NCBI GenBank assembly: GCA_027923505.1
Contig: BROI01000002.1
Coordinates: 1,426,001-1,490,000, forward strand
Direction: 5' to 3'
From: Mayamaea pseudoterrestris
Lineage: Eukaryota
Length of the DNA: 64,000 nt
Shown: in pieces, positions 9,253 through 20,139 of the stretch
How positions within the stretch are numbered: position 1 is the stretch's first letter
How the letters are laid out: each line of letters begins with the position of its first letter
Program-made: the position numbers and the translations under genes
Notes under the pieces: generated by a model
Databases searched by the model: none
What the model saw: the letters and a program-made list of their open reading frames with translations, nothing else
Told to the model about the DNA's origin: nothing

Positions 9253-11409
9253 TCAGAAGTCAATATCTGCGCCGCCAATATGACCCAAGTTCGGATCATC
9301 TCGACCAGCAGTCGCCCCACCGCCAGTCCAGCCGCCATTGCTACCAGCTCCAGCGCCATTGCGTCCACCTCTTCCTCGCCCGCGCCCGGAGCCACTTCCT
9401 CCTCCTCTACCGCCACGCTTCCCTCCACCCTTCCCCTTGCGTCCCCAGCCACCCTTGCGCCCAAATCCGCCTTTTCCCCTTCCTGCGCCCTTTTGTCCTC
9501 TGCCGCCGCCCCGTGATCGACCGCCGCGGACTGGACCAGCAGAAGCGCTGCCCCATCCACCGAATGCTGGTGCATTGTCAGCATCATCATCGTTGTTGTC
9601 ACAGCCACCATCATTATTCTGTCTGCCAACATTCCACGCTCCACTGGGCGCAGGCGCTGCTTGCTTACTCCAAGTGCTACTAGATCGTTGGATGGAGAAG
9701 TAGCCATTCACACCTGCTTCCACTCCAGATCCGCCCGTAATATCGTTGCGGGCTGCTGGCACATGGTCATGGACATTGTGGTGTGGCAATACAATTCCGG
9801 AAGCGTGAGCCGCGTTGCTCGTCGTGGCGTTTCGAATCATGCGACGCCGATTGCTTGGAGCCTCAACATGATGGCTCCTCATTGCAGCGTCCATATAGGC
9901 AGACGGATGCGTTGGTCGATGAGTCGGATGCGACTGAAATGGTTGCGAAACCGATGTGTACTGTTGTTGATGTTGCTGCTGCTGCCAATCATTCTCTGGA
10001 TGCTGCAACGGAAAACTTTGCGCAGCAGATACCCCATGTGCATGTCTTGCCTGCATCATTGACGAATGTTGAAACGGATCCTGCGACAAGACGTTACTTT
10101 GCAACACTTGCTGCGACAGCGTGCGCTGCGTGACGCCAAACGTTTGCACGTTGGCGCAGTCATCGTCCGAAAAGTTGCAAATGTCATCGTCCAAATGATC
10201 ATTGGGCGGCGGCGCCGACAAGAAATCTGAACCTTGTCGCGGCGTGTTGGCATAGAGACCGTTTCGAACTATGTCTTCTCTCGGTACAGCATATTCGCTG
10301 TAGAAGCTTGGTCTTTGACGATCATATTCGTAGTCAGCGTCACTGCAAAGATCGACAACATCTGGTTGCTGACGAGCTGGTTGATACTGGTTTTCTTGCG
10401 AATAATCTACTGGCGCTTGTTCTTCGTCGCCTTCCGCAAAGAAGGCTGCTTCAAGTTGATGGTCAGAGGGTGGCTCATTTTGAAATGGCTTTGACGACTC
10501 ATGTTCATTCGTTTGCTGCATACTCTCGTTGATTGCTGTATCTGGAGCATGATGTTCATTCGTTTGCTGCACGCTTTCGTTGATTGCTGTATTTGGAGCT
10601 GACGTGTAGTACTGCCCGCTTTGCCGCCGAACCTTGGAGTATGGATTCGAAATGTTGCTGTTGGTCGATGCTGGAGTTTGTGACGAAATGTTGAAACGCA
10701 AGGGTTTGTCATCCCTTGACGCAACGTCGAGTGTAATCGTCGTTGGAATCGATGCTGCAACAGGTGCCGCTGCAGTAGCAACAGACGGATCATTTTCATT
10801 GTTCACTGCTACATGATTCGCTCCCTTATCATCATTATCTGGCAATGTTTCATGGCTGCTACTTGCGCTCGAGTCGTCTTGGTCGGGGAGACAAAACTCC
10901 TCATCAGCAGCAGCAGGCGGCGGAACAATTTTGTGCGGATACGGCTCGTTGGGATGCAAAATCTTCCAAGCAAGCTCCTTGGTGTCACAGCTAGAGTCAT
11001 CGTCGTTAAAGTCATCATCGTTGCATTCGTCTACTTCTTCCTGCTCATCTGAATCGTCACTTGCATCCTCTTTTGTGTCAACGTTGTCAAAATTGATTCG
11101 TTGCCTCTTGCTGCTGCTCGACGAAACGCGCGCCGCAGGAAGCTTAGCAACAGACAATTCATCCGATTCTTCATCTGTTTGACTCCTTGTCTGCTTCATT
11201 CGCTTCTTGGCGAGTTGTCGTATTTGGCGCTGCAGCTCTACCGTGTCAATGGATGAGTCGTCGTCGTCGTCGTCATTTTGTTGGTCCTGCATAGTCGACG
11301 GTGCTGCTTGCTGCCGTGGACGCTTGGCAGTTGTGGGCTGATAGCTTTGACAATCCAAACTATCATCGTCGTCTGTATCATCATGATTCTCGTGGTCGCA
11401 TTGACTCAT
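9253..11409 (-). CDS. Intrinsically disordered acidic protein with C-terminal Gly/Arg-rich (RGG) and GW-containing tail
   Basis: Long uninterrupted ORF with biased composition: D/E tracts, a Q tract, RGG/GRG repeats and a DVVDL SIM-like motif. No globular domain recognised. Confidence 0.7.
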   Translation of the reverse strand: MSQCDHENHDDTDDDDSLDCQSYQPTTAKRPRQQAAPSTMQDQQNDDDDDDSSIDTVELQRQIRQLAKKRMKQTRSQTDEESDELSVAKLPAARVSSSSSKRQRINFDNVDTKEDASDDSDEQEEVDECNDDDFNDDDSSCDTKELAWKILHPNEPYPHKIVPPPAAADEEFCLPDQDDSSASSSHETLPDNDDKGANHVAVNNENDPSVATAAAPVAASIPTTITLDVASRDDKPLRFNISSQTPASTNSNISNPYSKVRRQSGQYYTSAPNTAINESVQQTNEHHAPDTAINESMQQTNEHESSKPFQNEPPSDHQLEAAFFAEGDEEQAPVDYSQENQYQPARQQPDVVDLCSDADYEYDRQRPSFYSEYAVPREDIVRNGLYANTPRQGSDFLSAPPPNDHLDDDICNFSDDDCANVQTFGVTQRTLSQQVLQSNVLSQDPFQHSSMMQARHAHGVSAAQSFPLQHPENDWQQQQHQQQYTSVSQPFQSHPTHRPTHPSAYMDAAMRSHHVEAPSNRRRMIRNATTSNAAHASGIVLPHHNVHDHVPAARNDITGGSGVEAGVNGYFSIQRSSSTWSKQAAPAPSGAWNVGRQNNDGGCDNNDDDADNAPAFGGWGSASAGPVRGGRSRGGGRGQKGAGRGKGGFGRKGGWGRKGKGGGKRGGRGGGSGSGRGRGRGGRNGAGAGSNGGWTGGGATAGRDDPNLGHIGGADIDF
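10501..10599 (-). repeat. 51-bp coding tandem duplication (AP.TAINES.QQTNEH x2)
   Basis: Copies at 10501-10548 and 10552-10599 differ at a few positions. Confidence 0.9.
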
Positions 11410-11632
11410 GGCAAAAGAATGCAGGGTACAAGGATAGGCACTGGTGATTGGTGATGAGGAATGCAGATGCGCATCATTTTGTTTGGCTCGCCAACCCCGT
11501 GAAAAGCCTACCAACGTCTACGTGTAAACCGGTGCGACAATCTATCGTCACAAGAACCGATCCATCATTTTTCTCGGCACCACACCAAAAGCGAAACGAA
11601 AACACCGATTAAAAAGCAATCGCAGTGAATTA

Positions 11633-12772
11633 ATGACAATGAGCAATTTAGTATCGAGTTCGAACCATGCTAAAGCCAGGACACGAGTCAGGCGAATCAA
11701 ATTACTTCAATTGACGCAGTTGCGTTTACGGTCCATTGCACTCACAACCTTTGTTGCCACATCATTGACATTGATTTGCGCCGCTACCGCCAATAAGTTT
11801 GATCCCTATCAAATGAATGGAGGATTGGTCGCGGCCGTGGCTGGGAGAGACTATGTGGCCATCGCGTGCGATACTCGCATGATGGGAGAGGGCGGCTACG
11901 ATATTTTGGAGCGAGACCATTTAAGGAGCCGACTCTGGGTGGCAGCTGCCGATCGAAACGTGGACTATTTTGACGAGTTTGACGCGGGTGATGCAACCAT
12001 TGGCAGCAGCAGGACTAGTAATGCGAGATTTACAGCCGCAGACGGCTCCGTTCAACTGGGAGATAGAGATTTAAACAAGGCTCATGGGACAAGCGCAATA
12101 TCCGCCTTGGCATCATCAGCTCCTCATCATCAAGAAGAACATCACAAACTTGCTACTGCTCCCATTTTAGTCGCATCCGCCGGCTGCAGCGCCGACTGCG
12201 AAATGCTCAAGCGCACCATCCGCGCCGATGTCATCAAGGCGCGCTACTTTGGCGAGTGTTCACCGCTCGTTGCTCCTCACCACGTGGCGACGCTGCTCAG
12301 TCAAGTCTTGTATGCGCGGCGGGGATTTCCCTTTTACAGCTTTTGCGTCTTGGCGGGGCTGGATGTGGGTGCCGGTGGAAGAGTGTACGCGTACGATGCG
12401 ATTGGAAGCTACGAGCAAGTGGCAGTCGCCACGGCGGGGACGGGCAGGGAGCTGCTGCAACCCATTCTTGACCGCAAGTTCCAATCGTTTGTGTTGCCAA
12501 TGGCAACTGTGAGCAATGAGGAACACTCGCAAGTGGCTCAAGAAGTGGGGGGACTTTTGGCAACTGCGATGCGTCCAGCAACCGTAGCGCCCTGCTCCAA
12601 AATGGTATCGTGCTCTGCGGATACAGCCGTCGAGAATCTCGTACAATCTTTTCGGGACGTTTCGGAACGGGAGATTGGTGTCGGAGATAGTGTTGTCGTT
12701 TGTGTTTTACGAAAGACTGCCGACGGCTCATGCGACGCAAAGGTTTATAGATATCCATTGAAGACACACTAA
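11633..12772 (+). CDS. 20S proteasome subunit beta type-1 (beta-6) homologue with signal-peptide-like N-terminal extension
   Basis: FDPYQMNGG...AVAG.DY.AIACDTR, LSQVLYARRGFPFY, YAYDAIGSYE, LLQPILD and EREIGVGD match PSMB1/PRE7. Preceded by hydrophobic IALTTFVATSLTLICAATA. Confidence 0.9.
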   Translation: MTMSNLVSSSNHAKARTRVRRIKLLQLTQLRLRSIALTTFVATSLTLICAATANKFDPYQMNGGLVAAVAGRDYVAIACDTRMMGEGGYDILERDHLRSRLWVAAADRNVDYFDEFDAGDATIGSSRTSNARFTAADGSVQLGDRDLNKAHGTSAISALASSAPHHQEEHHKLATAPILVASAGCSADCEMLKRTIRADVIKARYFGECSPLVAPHHVATLLSQVLYARRGFPFYSFCVLAGLDVGAGGRVYAYDAIGSYEQVAVATAGTGRELLQPILDRKFQSFVLPMATVSNEEHSQVAQEVGGLLATAMRPATVAPCSKMVSCSADTAVENLVQSFRDVSEREIGVGDSVVVCVLRKTADGSCDAKVYRYPLKTH

Positions 12773-13142
12773 AAGTGCACGATCGATAATTTGTCGCTGG
12801 AAACAATGCATTGCTTTGCGACCTGCTGAGCCAAATGCCTCTTGCCAGTGATTGGAACGTCTTTCTATTGCCAGCGTCGGCTTTGACGAGAGTATTTGAT
12901 GTTCATAACATTTTATCCTGCCAGGCCTCCGAATTCTGTAAGCGAACTATCTCTTAGCTATGTTCCGATTTCGCGCACTATAACTGTAGACAAATAGCGA
13001 TTATTTCAATAACTAATTTGTACAGCCACGCATTTTGGGACCGAGGTTGTACCGGTATGTAGCTCAATGGCTAGTCAGTCGCATTTACGTCGTACCGCTA
13101 CTCATTTTCATCTTGCTGCCAAGAGCGCGACAAACTTTCGCC

Positions 13143-14735
13143 ATGAGACGACGAGCGCAACGACGGCCATCAGTGCGAGACAAGTCGAATACCAAGAACC
13201 AAGAGCAAGTAATAGTTAACAAGACGACGGCATGCTTGTGCTGTCTCATTATAGTTTTGGCTCTCATTCAAGTCTACGTCGGCCTCCGTGCCCATCATGC
13301 AGCTGCGGAATCCTTGGACGAAGAGCCGATGCGGCAGCAATTTTCGCTCGTTAGTCAGCAACGTGAACAGCTGAAGCGCTCAAATAACCAAACTGCGAAC
13401 TATAGCATATTGCCGTCTTCAACGCTACCGGCATGGATTCAAAACTACTTGGAATGGCATCAGCAGGAGCGTGCCAAATTTCCAGGCAACGCTTTATTCG
13501 ACGACCCTGACGCACCCAAATTGCTCATTCGAACCTGTCTCGGTCTCTGCGGAGGCTTGAACGATCGACTGGGTCAGCTGCCGTGGGATTTGTACCTGGC
13601 AAACCAGACGGGCCGACTTTTGCTGCTTCATTGGCATCGACCTGTCGCCCTCGAAGAGTTTTTGTTACCAGCCGAACTAAACTGGCGAGTTCCTCGCACT
13701 GCATCTGGCTTTTTCGGCTCTCCGCGCGTCAGCATACAGGGGATGCAAGTTGTTCGAAACATCAAGGAACTCTTTCAAGGCTACGAGCAACAGGAAGTTG
13801 GACCCGAGCCAGTGTTTTGGGAGACACAGTTTGACGCCGCCATGAAACGAGCAACTGAAGGCGAGTTTAAAGATGTTAAAGTATTGCGACATAGGCTTCT
13901 CGGACATTTGGGCGAAGACAAGCTTGAGGAAAGGTTACGAGCGCTTGGCGAAACTGACATGCTCCATCAGTCGTCAACATATGGAAATATATTTCGCATG
14001 TTCTTTCGCTTGCATCCAAAAGTACAGCTGGAGCTTGAGAATGTGCTCAGCACACTAAGACTCAGACCGACACTGCAACCGACGGATCATTTCCTGAATG
14101 CTCACAATTACGACCACTTTTCGTACTACTCGGGCGTGCACTGCCGGGTGCGGCACCCCAAAGCGACGCCCAAAGACGTCCTGGTCAAGGGTAAACATCA
14201 GGATCATCCGGCGGACAAAACTGGCTTGCCTTGGGAAGGTGAAACGCGCGACTTCGCCATTGAGACTGCCACGCATGCCCTTCAATGCGCCAAGACGCTG
14301 GCACAAAGTAAAGATGAACCAATCTACTTTTTTGCGGACTCGAATGATTTGGTACGTTTCATGTCACACGAGTTGAATGATGCAACATTTATGCGGGTCA
14401 ATGAGACACTTTTGCGAGATCCTATCGCAAGAAATGCCCAAGAGGTTGTTCAATCCATGCATGTCGTGGCAAGAAACGTCCAGTTGGAGAATGCGCACAT
14501 TGATCGTCAAAAGGGTAGAGATGCTCCGAGTTACTACGGAACCTTTATCGATCTCTATCTGGCAATGTATGCGCGATGTATAACCTATGGAATTGGTTAC
14601 TATGCAATTTTGGCAACGCGAATATCGGGAACTCAATGCAAACTTTTATATACTGAGGAGACGTGGGGCGGCGACGCCAAGAAGCGTCAGACGGCGGCAA
14701 TGTGTCCTCTGACCATCCAGCATGCAAAGATTTGA
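13143..14735 (+). CDS. Type II membrane glycosyltransferase, GDP-fucose (GT23/NodZ/O-fucosyltransferase-like) family
   Basis: Basic N-tail and a TM segment. CGGLNDRL, GVHCR, FFADS and FIDLYLA...C correspond to fucosyltransferase motifs. Confidence 0.65.
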   Translation: MRRRAQRRPSVRDKSNTKNQEQVIVNKTTACLCCLIIVLALIQVYVGLRAHHAAAESLDEEPMRQQFSLVSQQREQLKRSNNQTANYSILPSSTLPAWIQNYLEWHQQERAKFPGNALFDDPDAPKLLIRTCLGLCGGLNDRLGQLPWDLYLANQTGRLLLLHWHRPVALEEFLLPAELNWRVPRTASGFFGSPRVSIQGMQVVRNIKELFQGYEQQEVGPEPVFWETQFDAAMKRATEGEFKDVKVLRHRLLGHLGEDKLEERLRALGETDMLHQSSTYGNIFRMFFRLHPKVQLELENVLSTLRLRPTLQPTDHFLNAHNYDHFSYYSGVHCRVRHPKATPKDVLVKGKHQDHPADKTGLPWEGETRDFAIETATHALQCAKTLAQSKDEPIYFFADSNDLVRFMSHELNDATFMRVNETLLRDPIARNAQEVVQSMHVVARNVQLENAHIDRQKGRDAPSYYGTFIDLYLAMYARCITYGIGYYAILATRISGTQCKLLYTEETWGGDAKKRQTAAMCPLTIQHAKI

Positions 14736-15743
14736 TATTATATACTGTCGCTACAAAGATTTGCATTGATGCTTTGTATTCATTTTATGAGCGGTGTTCG
14801 TCCCTTTACAAGAGTCGCGCCATGGCTTCAATTACAGTACTCGGATTATTGCTCTGCCCACGCCCTTGTGTTCCAGCATACTTGTTGCCAAAATTCTCGA
14901 TACAGCGAACTGCTGCATTAGCGGAAGTGCAGTCGCTGCATACTGTTACAAGCCTGATCGCCCAACATTTAGACAATCACTACCAGCTACTACGTAACAG
15001 CTAAAAAATGTGGGCCAGGAATGGCTATCAGGCACCGTTTCGAGTGAGAGAAACTCGCGCCTATTCAACGCTGTCTATACCATCAAGAGTGTCAGATGCA
15101 CGTGTTTTGTGGTGATGCTGCTCTAGTTGTATTTGCGGCGCTTGCTCGAGTACAAACAGTACGGGCTACTAGTAGCGGTAATGGTTCCTACATAGGCTCT
15201 GACCTGCTCTTTCCTCCTCCCTCCCTCAGCACCTTCAAGTTTAGTACACTCAAGACGAACGAGAAAGTCCAAATAAACACATTGAATGGTTCGATCATTT
15301 TTCCTGTTAAGCATCGACTCCAAGCAGCAATCGATATTGTGTAAATTACGAGTAATGAGTTCGGTGTGGGCCCAAATTCTGCCCAGGGGCAATGTTATCA
15401 ATCGTTCCTCGCCGAATATTCTGTGGCCAGTGACAAGAAACACGCATCGGGCAATAAAAGAAATGAGATGGGAGAACGAACAAAGATATGTGTGTGGGTC
15501 AATTTGATATTTGTTCCATGATCAAGGCTTTAGTAAAACAGACCCAAACTCTCGCCACAATGCACTTACGCCATTCTAGCCTCACTGCGGACGCTCACAA
15601 TTCTTGCGTTTCGAAAACGGATCATCAAAGGTAAAATAACGAGTGCGCCGTCAAAATCCCTGCGCCAGGAACTTGGGTAAGTTAAATTGCTTGCCTTCTT
15701 ACACTTATTTTATCTCACCGGCTTAACTCTTTGTTACAAAAGA

Positions 15744-16712
15744 ATGGTGCTTATGCCAGATGCCCGACGTACAATGAAGATGCTGCCCACAGACTTCAAA
15801 CCATCAGCCGATGATGTTATCCTAGGCCGAGGACGGGTGATCAATATGCATGCCGGTAACCAGGCATTCTTGAAGCTTGTGTTCAGCTGTCTGCACGACT
15901 ACTCAAATTCCACCTCGAAGCTGGAAAAGAGCTTCATTCTCCGTAGCATCGTGATGCAAGTGCGAAAAAATTCACCTTGTGGAGGTTTTGTGAAGAGAGA
16001 CTCAAGCAGCGGGAGGTGGTACGAAGTCGGAGATTTTCTTGCGAGGGAAAGGACAAGTCAAGCATTTCGCGATATTCTCTATGGACAGTATAAGAGCTCC
16101 AACGCTTCCAAGAAGCTACGCCGACTGCATGACCATGATATTCAGCCACTGTCGCCGAAGTCTTCTGCTGTTGTGGGTGCTGGTGGCGGCGAAACGTCGA
16201 ACGAAGGAAAAGGTTTGCTAGTGCGAAACATCACGGATCTTCGTCACAAGCCCCAAAGCTACAGCGCACCCACGATGTGTAATAACTTGTGGGACAACTC
16301 CTTGGTTTCGACAGCTAAGGCTGGTTACTTTCTGACGGAGAGCATCAGTCAGCATCTAGGTGGCCGAGCAACATTGCATTTCCCTTTCCAAATAGAGAAG
16401 GCAGGTGCCGACTTCTACGCCACGCATCTCATCGACATCAGTGCAGGGCTTCTAAATGACTTTGAAGAATGTGCTCCGGCGACATATCTGTTGCCGCAGG
16501 TCTCGCTCACGTCATCGTGTTGTTCCTCACTCCCGAGCGAGGATCCTGCATCAGCGCCCGCGCTGGCATCTTTTCCCTTAGTAGACGTGACAATGCCGTC
16601 TCAACACCTACACACCTTATCCGCCCGACAAGTTTTTGATCGTCTTGTAAGCATTGCTGGGAACTTCAGCGTCGAGGGGGATCCATTTAGCCCCGCGCCG
16701 ATTGCGACATAA
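15744..16712 (+). CDS. Diatom-expanded DUF6824-like domain protein (putative transcription regulator)
   Basis: P..DDVILGRG....H.GN..F...V......Y......EK......IV..VR....GGFVK.....W.EVGD..ARE.TSQAFRD signature, followed by a low-complexity tail. Probable 5' intron 15677-15742. Confidence 0.75.
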   Translation: MVLMPDARRTMKMLPTDFKPSADDVILGRGRVINMHAGNQAFLKLVFSCLHDYSNSTSKLEKSFILRSIVMQVRKNSPCGGFVKRDSSSGRWYEVGDFLARERTSQAFRDILYGQYKSSNASKKLRRLHDHDIQPLSPKSSAVVGAGGGETSNEGKGLLVRNITDLRHKPQSYSAPTMCNNLWDNSLVSTAKAGYFLTESISQHLGGRATLHFPFQIEKAGADFYATHLIDISAGLLNDFEECAPATYLLPQVSLTSSCCSSLPSEDPASAPALASFPLVDVTMPSQHLHTLSARQVFDRLVSIAGNFSVEGDPFSPAPIAT

Positions 16713-16907
16713 GGAATTACATGATTAGGTCAAGGCTCCATTTTTTTAGCTGTATACCAAAGTACATAACCTAAATCAAATACTTGCATCTTTAGACACA
16801 GAATATGAAGCTTGTCAAAACATCTACAGTTTTACCTTACAGACCGTATTGCTAACCCAACTATCATAACATCGAGTTAATTTAATCAAGATGTGATGGC
16901 ACTAACC

Positions 16908-19127
16908 TTACATAATGACCTCTTCCTTCGACGACAATATAGTCTCAACAACCAACTCCTTTTCAATATAATTTGCGTCGTCCTGGCTATCATAGCCGCC
17001 AAGCAACGCAATATACTCTGTTCGACGACTTGCGCGGGCTGCGCGATTGCGCTCCAAGACAGCTCGGATTTGCGCTCTTTCCGCTCGTTTACCCTGAGTT
17101 TCTTCCAAATACTTAACACGCTGACGTCTCTTGTCCTCTTTTTCAAACTGCTTTTCATACTTCTTTAAGTTGTTTTTAACCTTACGGATCTCACTCTTGG
17201 TCAAGAGACTTTCTCGGGGTCGCCAGAGGAACTGGTAGAATGTTTCAAACGAGTCCTGGTAGAGCTGTTTGCCTTGAAAGCTCCAGAGAACATAACCGTT
17301 GTCCATCGCGAACTTGAAATGACCACCCTCAATCGGTTGTGACACAATAGTAGCGACGGTTCGTCCAGCAGGATCCCAAACGACTTGGTTGCATCGGTAA
17401 TGCTCCTTCACCACCATGCTCTTGTTATCGACATCATAGAACTCCAGCGTTCCAGAGGCAGATTCGCCGAGACTGGCAAGAATTATGTTTTTGCCCTCGG
17501 GTGACCAAAACAAAAAGTTGCATATACGTCCTTCTAGCGTATCGAGCTTAGTCAGCTCTCTGAAAGTAGCAACTTCCGTCTTGGCAGCCTTCTTCGTGCC
17601 CTTGATCGTAACAACCTCGCCCTTGCGAATCATGTCGTAGAACGAAACATTGACCTTGGACGCGGATGGGTTCTCGGCATGGATAATGGCAAAGCGCGAG
17701 CCTTTAGGTTCCCACGCCAACGCCATGACAGCATCCTTTATATCGAGCATTTCAACTGGAACACCGGGTTCGCGCAACCGAAAGAGCTCAATATTGTTAA
17801 ACATGGTCTTTTTCGATTTGGTGTGGCGGGTCACCTTGACAGCCAAGTAGTCACCCTGCTCATGCCAGACCATGCTGCAGCGAGTAACGTTAAATAGATT
17901 CTTTTGGCGAAGCCTGATGCGTGAAGGAATATCGACAAGGTCAACATGAGCTGGCGAATTGTTGACCTCGGGTGCCTGAAATGATTCGAAAAATGGAGCG
18001 TCAGCGTTGAGAAGAAACGAAAAATGATGTACAACACAGCACAGCATCGACCGACAGCTACTCACCCAGTACGCCAATACATTATCCGACGGACTCCATT
18101 GGAACTCAGCAACACCTTCGGCTGCTAAACTGCGCTGATCCAAAAGTTTCATCCCCGGCGTTTCATAAATGCGAATGAGCCCGTCTCCCATGCACGCAAT
18201 ATACTTGTCGTCGTGACTCCAAAGGTACGGCGGCGGTGGTCGATCCCTTGACACATCTTCAGGATAAAGTGGGAACGACCGCATGAGCTGCTCCGTGAGC
18301 ACATGGTAGATTTTAACAGCTTCAGGATCACGCGGATCTTCGTTGCTTGTTAGCAAATAGTTTTCATTCGGCGAAAACAGAATTCGTCGAACACCAGGAG
18401 CCAAGAAACGTCCAGTCTTTTCGTAATTGGCTCCGCTCCACAATATAACACCACGCGCCGGCACCAACGTTGCTAAATAGCTTCCCTTGGGGCTCCAGTG
18501 GCAATATTGTTCACACCAAACAACGCCGGCTTGCCTTTCGCGTGAACCATCATAATCCATAGATGGTCCCTGCCGCGGATCCCACCACTGCACCTGCGTC
18601 TCGCGGCCATGTCGAATCACGTACGAGTCGCGCTGATTGGGATCCTCCAGCCAACTCGTCGGATTGGGTCGTTCGATAAAGGGAGTCGGTTCGGGTTCTT
18701 GAAAGGATTCCGGCACGAGACCCTGAAGCGCCAAGGCTCGCTCGTAGCGAATGACAGTCAACGAATGATTCTTGTCGAACGCAAGGTCCTGCAAGGCTGC
18801 TACAGCTTTTTCCGCTTCTTCGGCTGTTTCGTAGGCAACGAGGCAAAAGCCAAGAGTTGAACCGTTTGCAATCGGCATGCTCATTCCGTCAAATGTATCT
18901 GTTGCAACCAAGTTTCCAATACGCGAAAGCAATTTCATAGTAAACTTGGTAAGCTTCTCCACCTTGGCTTCCGGTACTTTAGGGAGATTGAGCACGACGA
19001 GAGCATTTTCCATACTCGTGTCGAGTCGAGGATAGTTCGGCTGGGGATCCAACGGTGCATCGGAAAAGTAGCCGTCAAGCTCCATTGCTTCGTCCGCCAA
19101 GGCGTCGAGAGAGGGGTCTGCTGTCAT
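16908..19127 (-). CDS. EIF3B: Eukaryotic translation initiation factor 3 subunit B; 90-nt in-frame intron 17976-18065
   Basis: RRM (LVVLNLPKV...KVEKL, LGFCLV.Y, FDKNH), beta-propeller (WSPKGSYL, FSPNENYL, KNLFNV, AWEP.GSRF, DNGY.LWSFQG) and WRPR...KNLKKY...F C-terminus. Confidence 0.96.
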   Translation of the reverse strand: MTADPSLDALADEAMELDGYFSDAPLDPQPNYPRLDTSMENALVVLNLPKVPEAKVEKLTKFTMKLLSRIGNLVATDTFDGMSMPIANGSTLGFCLVAYETAEEAEKAVAALQDLAFDKNHSLTVIRYERALALQGLVPESFQEPEPTPFIERPNPTSWLEDPNQRDSYVIRHGRETQVQWWDPRQGPSMDYDGSRERQAGVVWCEQYCHWSPKGSYLATLVPARGVILWSGANYEKTGRFLAPGVRRILFSPNENYLLTSNEDPRDPEAVKIYHVLTEQLMRSFPLYPEDVSRDRPPPPYLWSHDDKYIACMGDGLIRIYETPGMKLLDQRSLAAEGVAEFQWSPSDNVLAYWVSSCRSMLCCVVHHFSFLLNADAPFFESFQAPEVNNSPAHVDLVDIPSRIRLRQKNLFNVTRCSMVWHEQGDYLAVKVTRHTKSKKTMFNNIELFRLREPGVPVEMLDIKDAVMALAWEPKGSRFAIIHAENPSASKVNVSFYDMIRKGEVVTIKGTKKAAKTEVATFRELTKLDTLEGRICNFLFWSPEGKNIILASLGESASGTLEFYDVDNKSMVVKEHYRCNQVVWDPAGRTVATIVSQPIEGGHFKFAMDNGYVLWSFQGKQLYQDSFETFYQFLWRPRESLLTKSEIRKVKNNLKKYEKQFEKEDKRRQRVKYLEETQGKRAERAQIRAVLERNRAARASRRTEYIALLGGYDSQDDANYIEKELVVETILSSKEEVIM

Positions 19128-20139
19128 TGCTGCAGTCAAAAATCAAGTATGTAAAAGTTCGGGCAGCTTTATTGAAATGCTGGTGATTGATCGACAATAG
19201 AATGCACGACGAATGTGTGCACCGCTGCATCGCGAAACGAATCAGCGGTTGTCGAGAAGGAGAAGCGGTCGAATGACGGACGGCAGAAACGGTACGACGT
19301 GCGATGCTTTCGTCGGTTAGCTACCGGTACCGGGACAAGTTATGAGCGATATGCAGTTACCTGCAGAATCTACAAGCGATGCTAGGTAGGCGGAAGAAAG
19401 CGATTACGGTTACTGCTCTTAGACAGTAAGTGAAAATGTGGATATGATGTTTAATACCTGCTTGTACAGTAGCTAACAGTACGTACGTCGGCAGGCTACC
19501 ATAGTTGCAGTGATATAGCAGCTAAGATAACAAATGAGTTAACACGCAATCGTACACCATTCAATGCTGTTCCCTATTGCATGATCATGCATGCGATAGT
19601 ACAAGCTTGGAGCGAATAGACCCGTTCATTTTGCTTGCACTTGTGAACTGAACCCGTGATGGCGAGAGGCGTCCGAGACTTGCCCGCGCGCTACCTCGTG
19701 TGCGTGCGTTTGTCGTTCTGACGTCAAACCGGCCTTTTCTCAACGCCCCCGATTTTGACGAAAGGGCTATTGTCAGTTCCGGTGCAATTTCAGTTGCCGA
19801 ATGAACCCCCAACTTTTGATTGGCTATCGTTAGAAAGCGAGTGCGTACCCCTACGTTCCCCCGTGAAAAGGGCGGGTCGTCCGCTCGCGGACAGCAGCGG
19901 CAGACTTTCTTCGCTTTCGGAGGCGAGGAAAAAAGACCGATGGCCTGCAAAGCTCAAGCACTAAAGCATTCTATTCTCCTCTCTTTGCCTGCAATACTGA
20001 CAATATCGTACAGTGTACGTTAAGAATCAAGCGGCTGCTCGCTGCTAGCCTTCCCGAGTCTCCTTTGACTCTTTACAAACTCATTTCGCTGCAGTCGGTT
20101 CGGTGCTAGCGAACCCTTTTCAACTAAAAAAATTTAACC

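Noticed and set aside
9219..9707. Pro-rich and His-rich ORFs overlapping the RGG tail
   Set aside because: They are the reverse complement or alternate frames of Gly/Arg codons of the minus-strand gene.
14790..15510. Short ORFs between the glycosyltransferase and the DUF6824-like gene
   Set aside because: No motifs or consistent splice structure; treated as intergenic.
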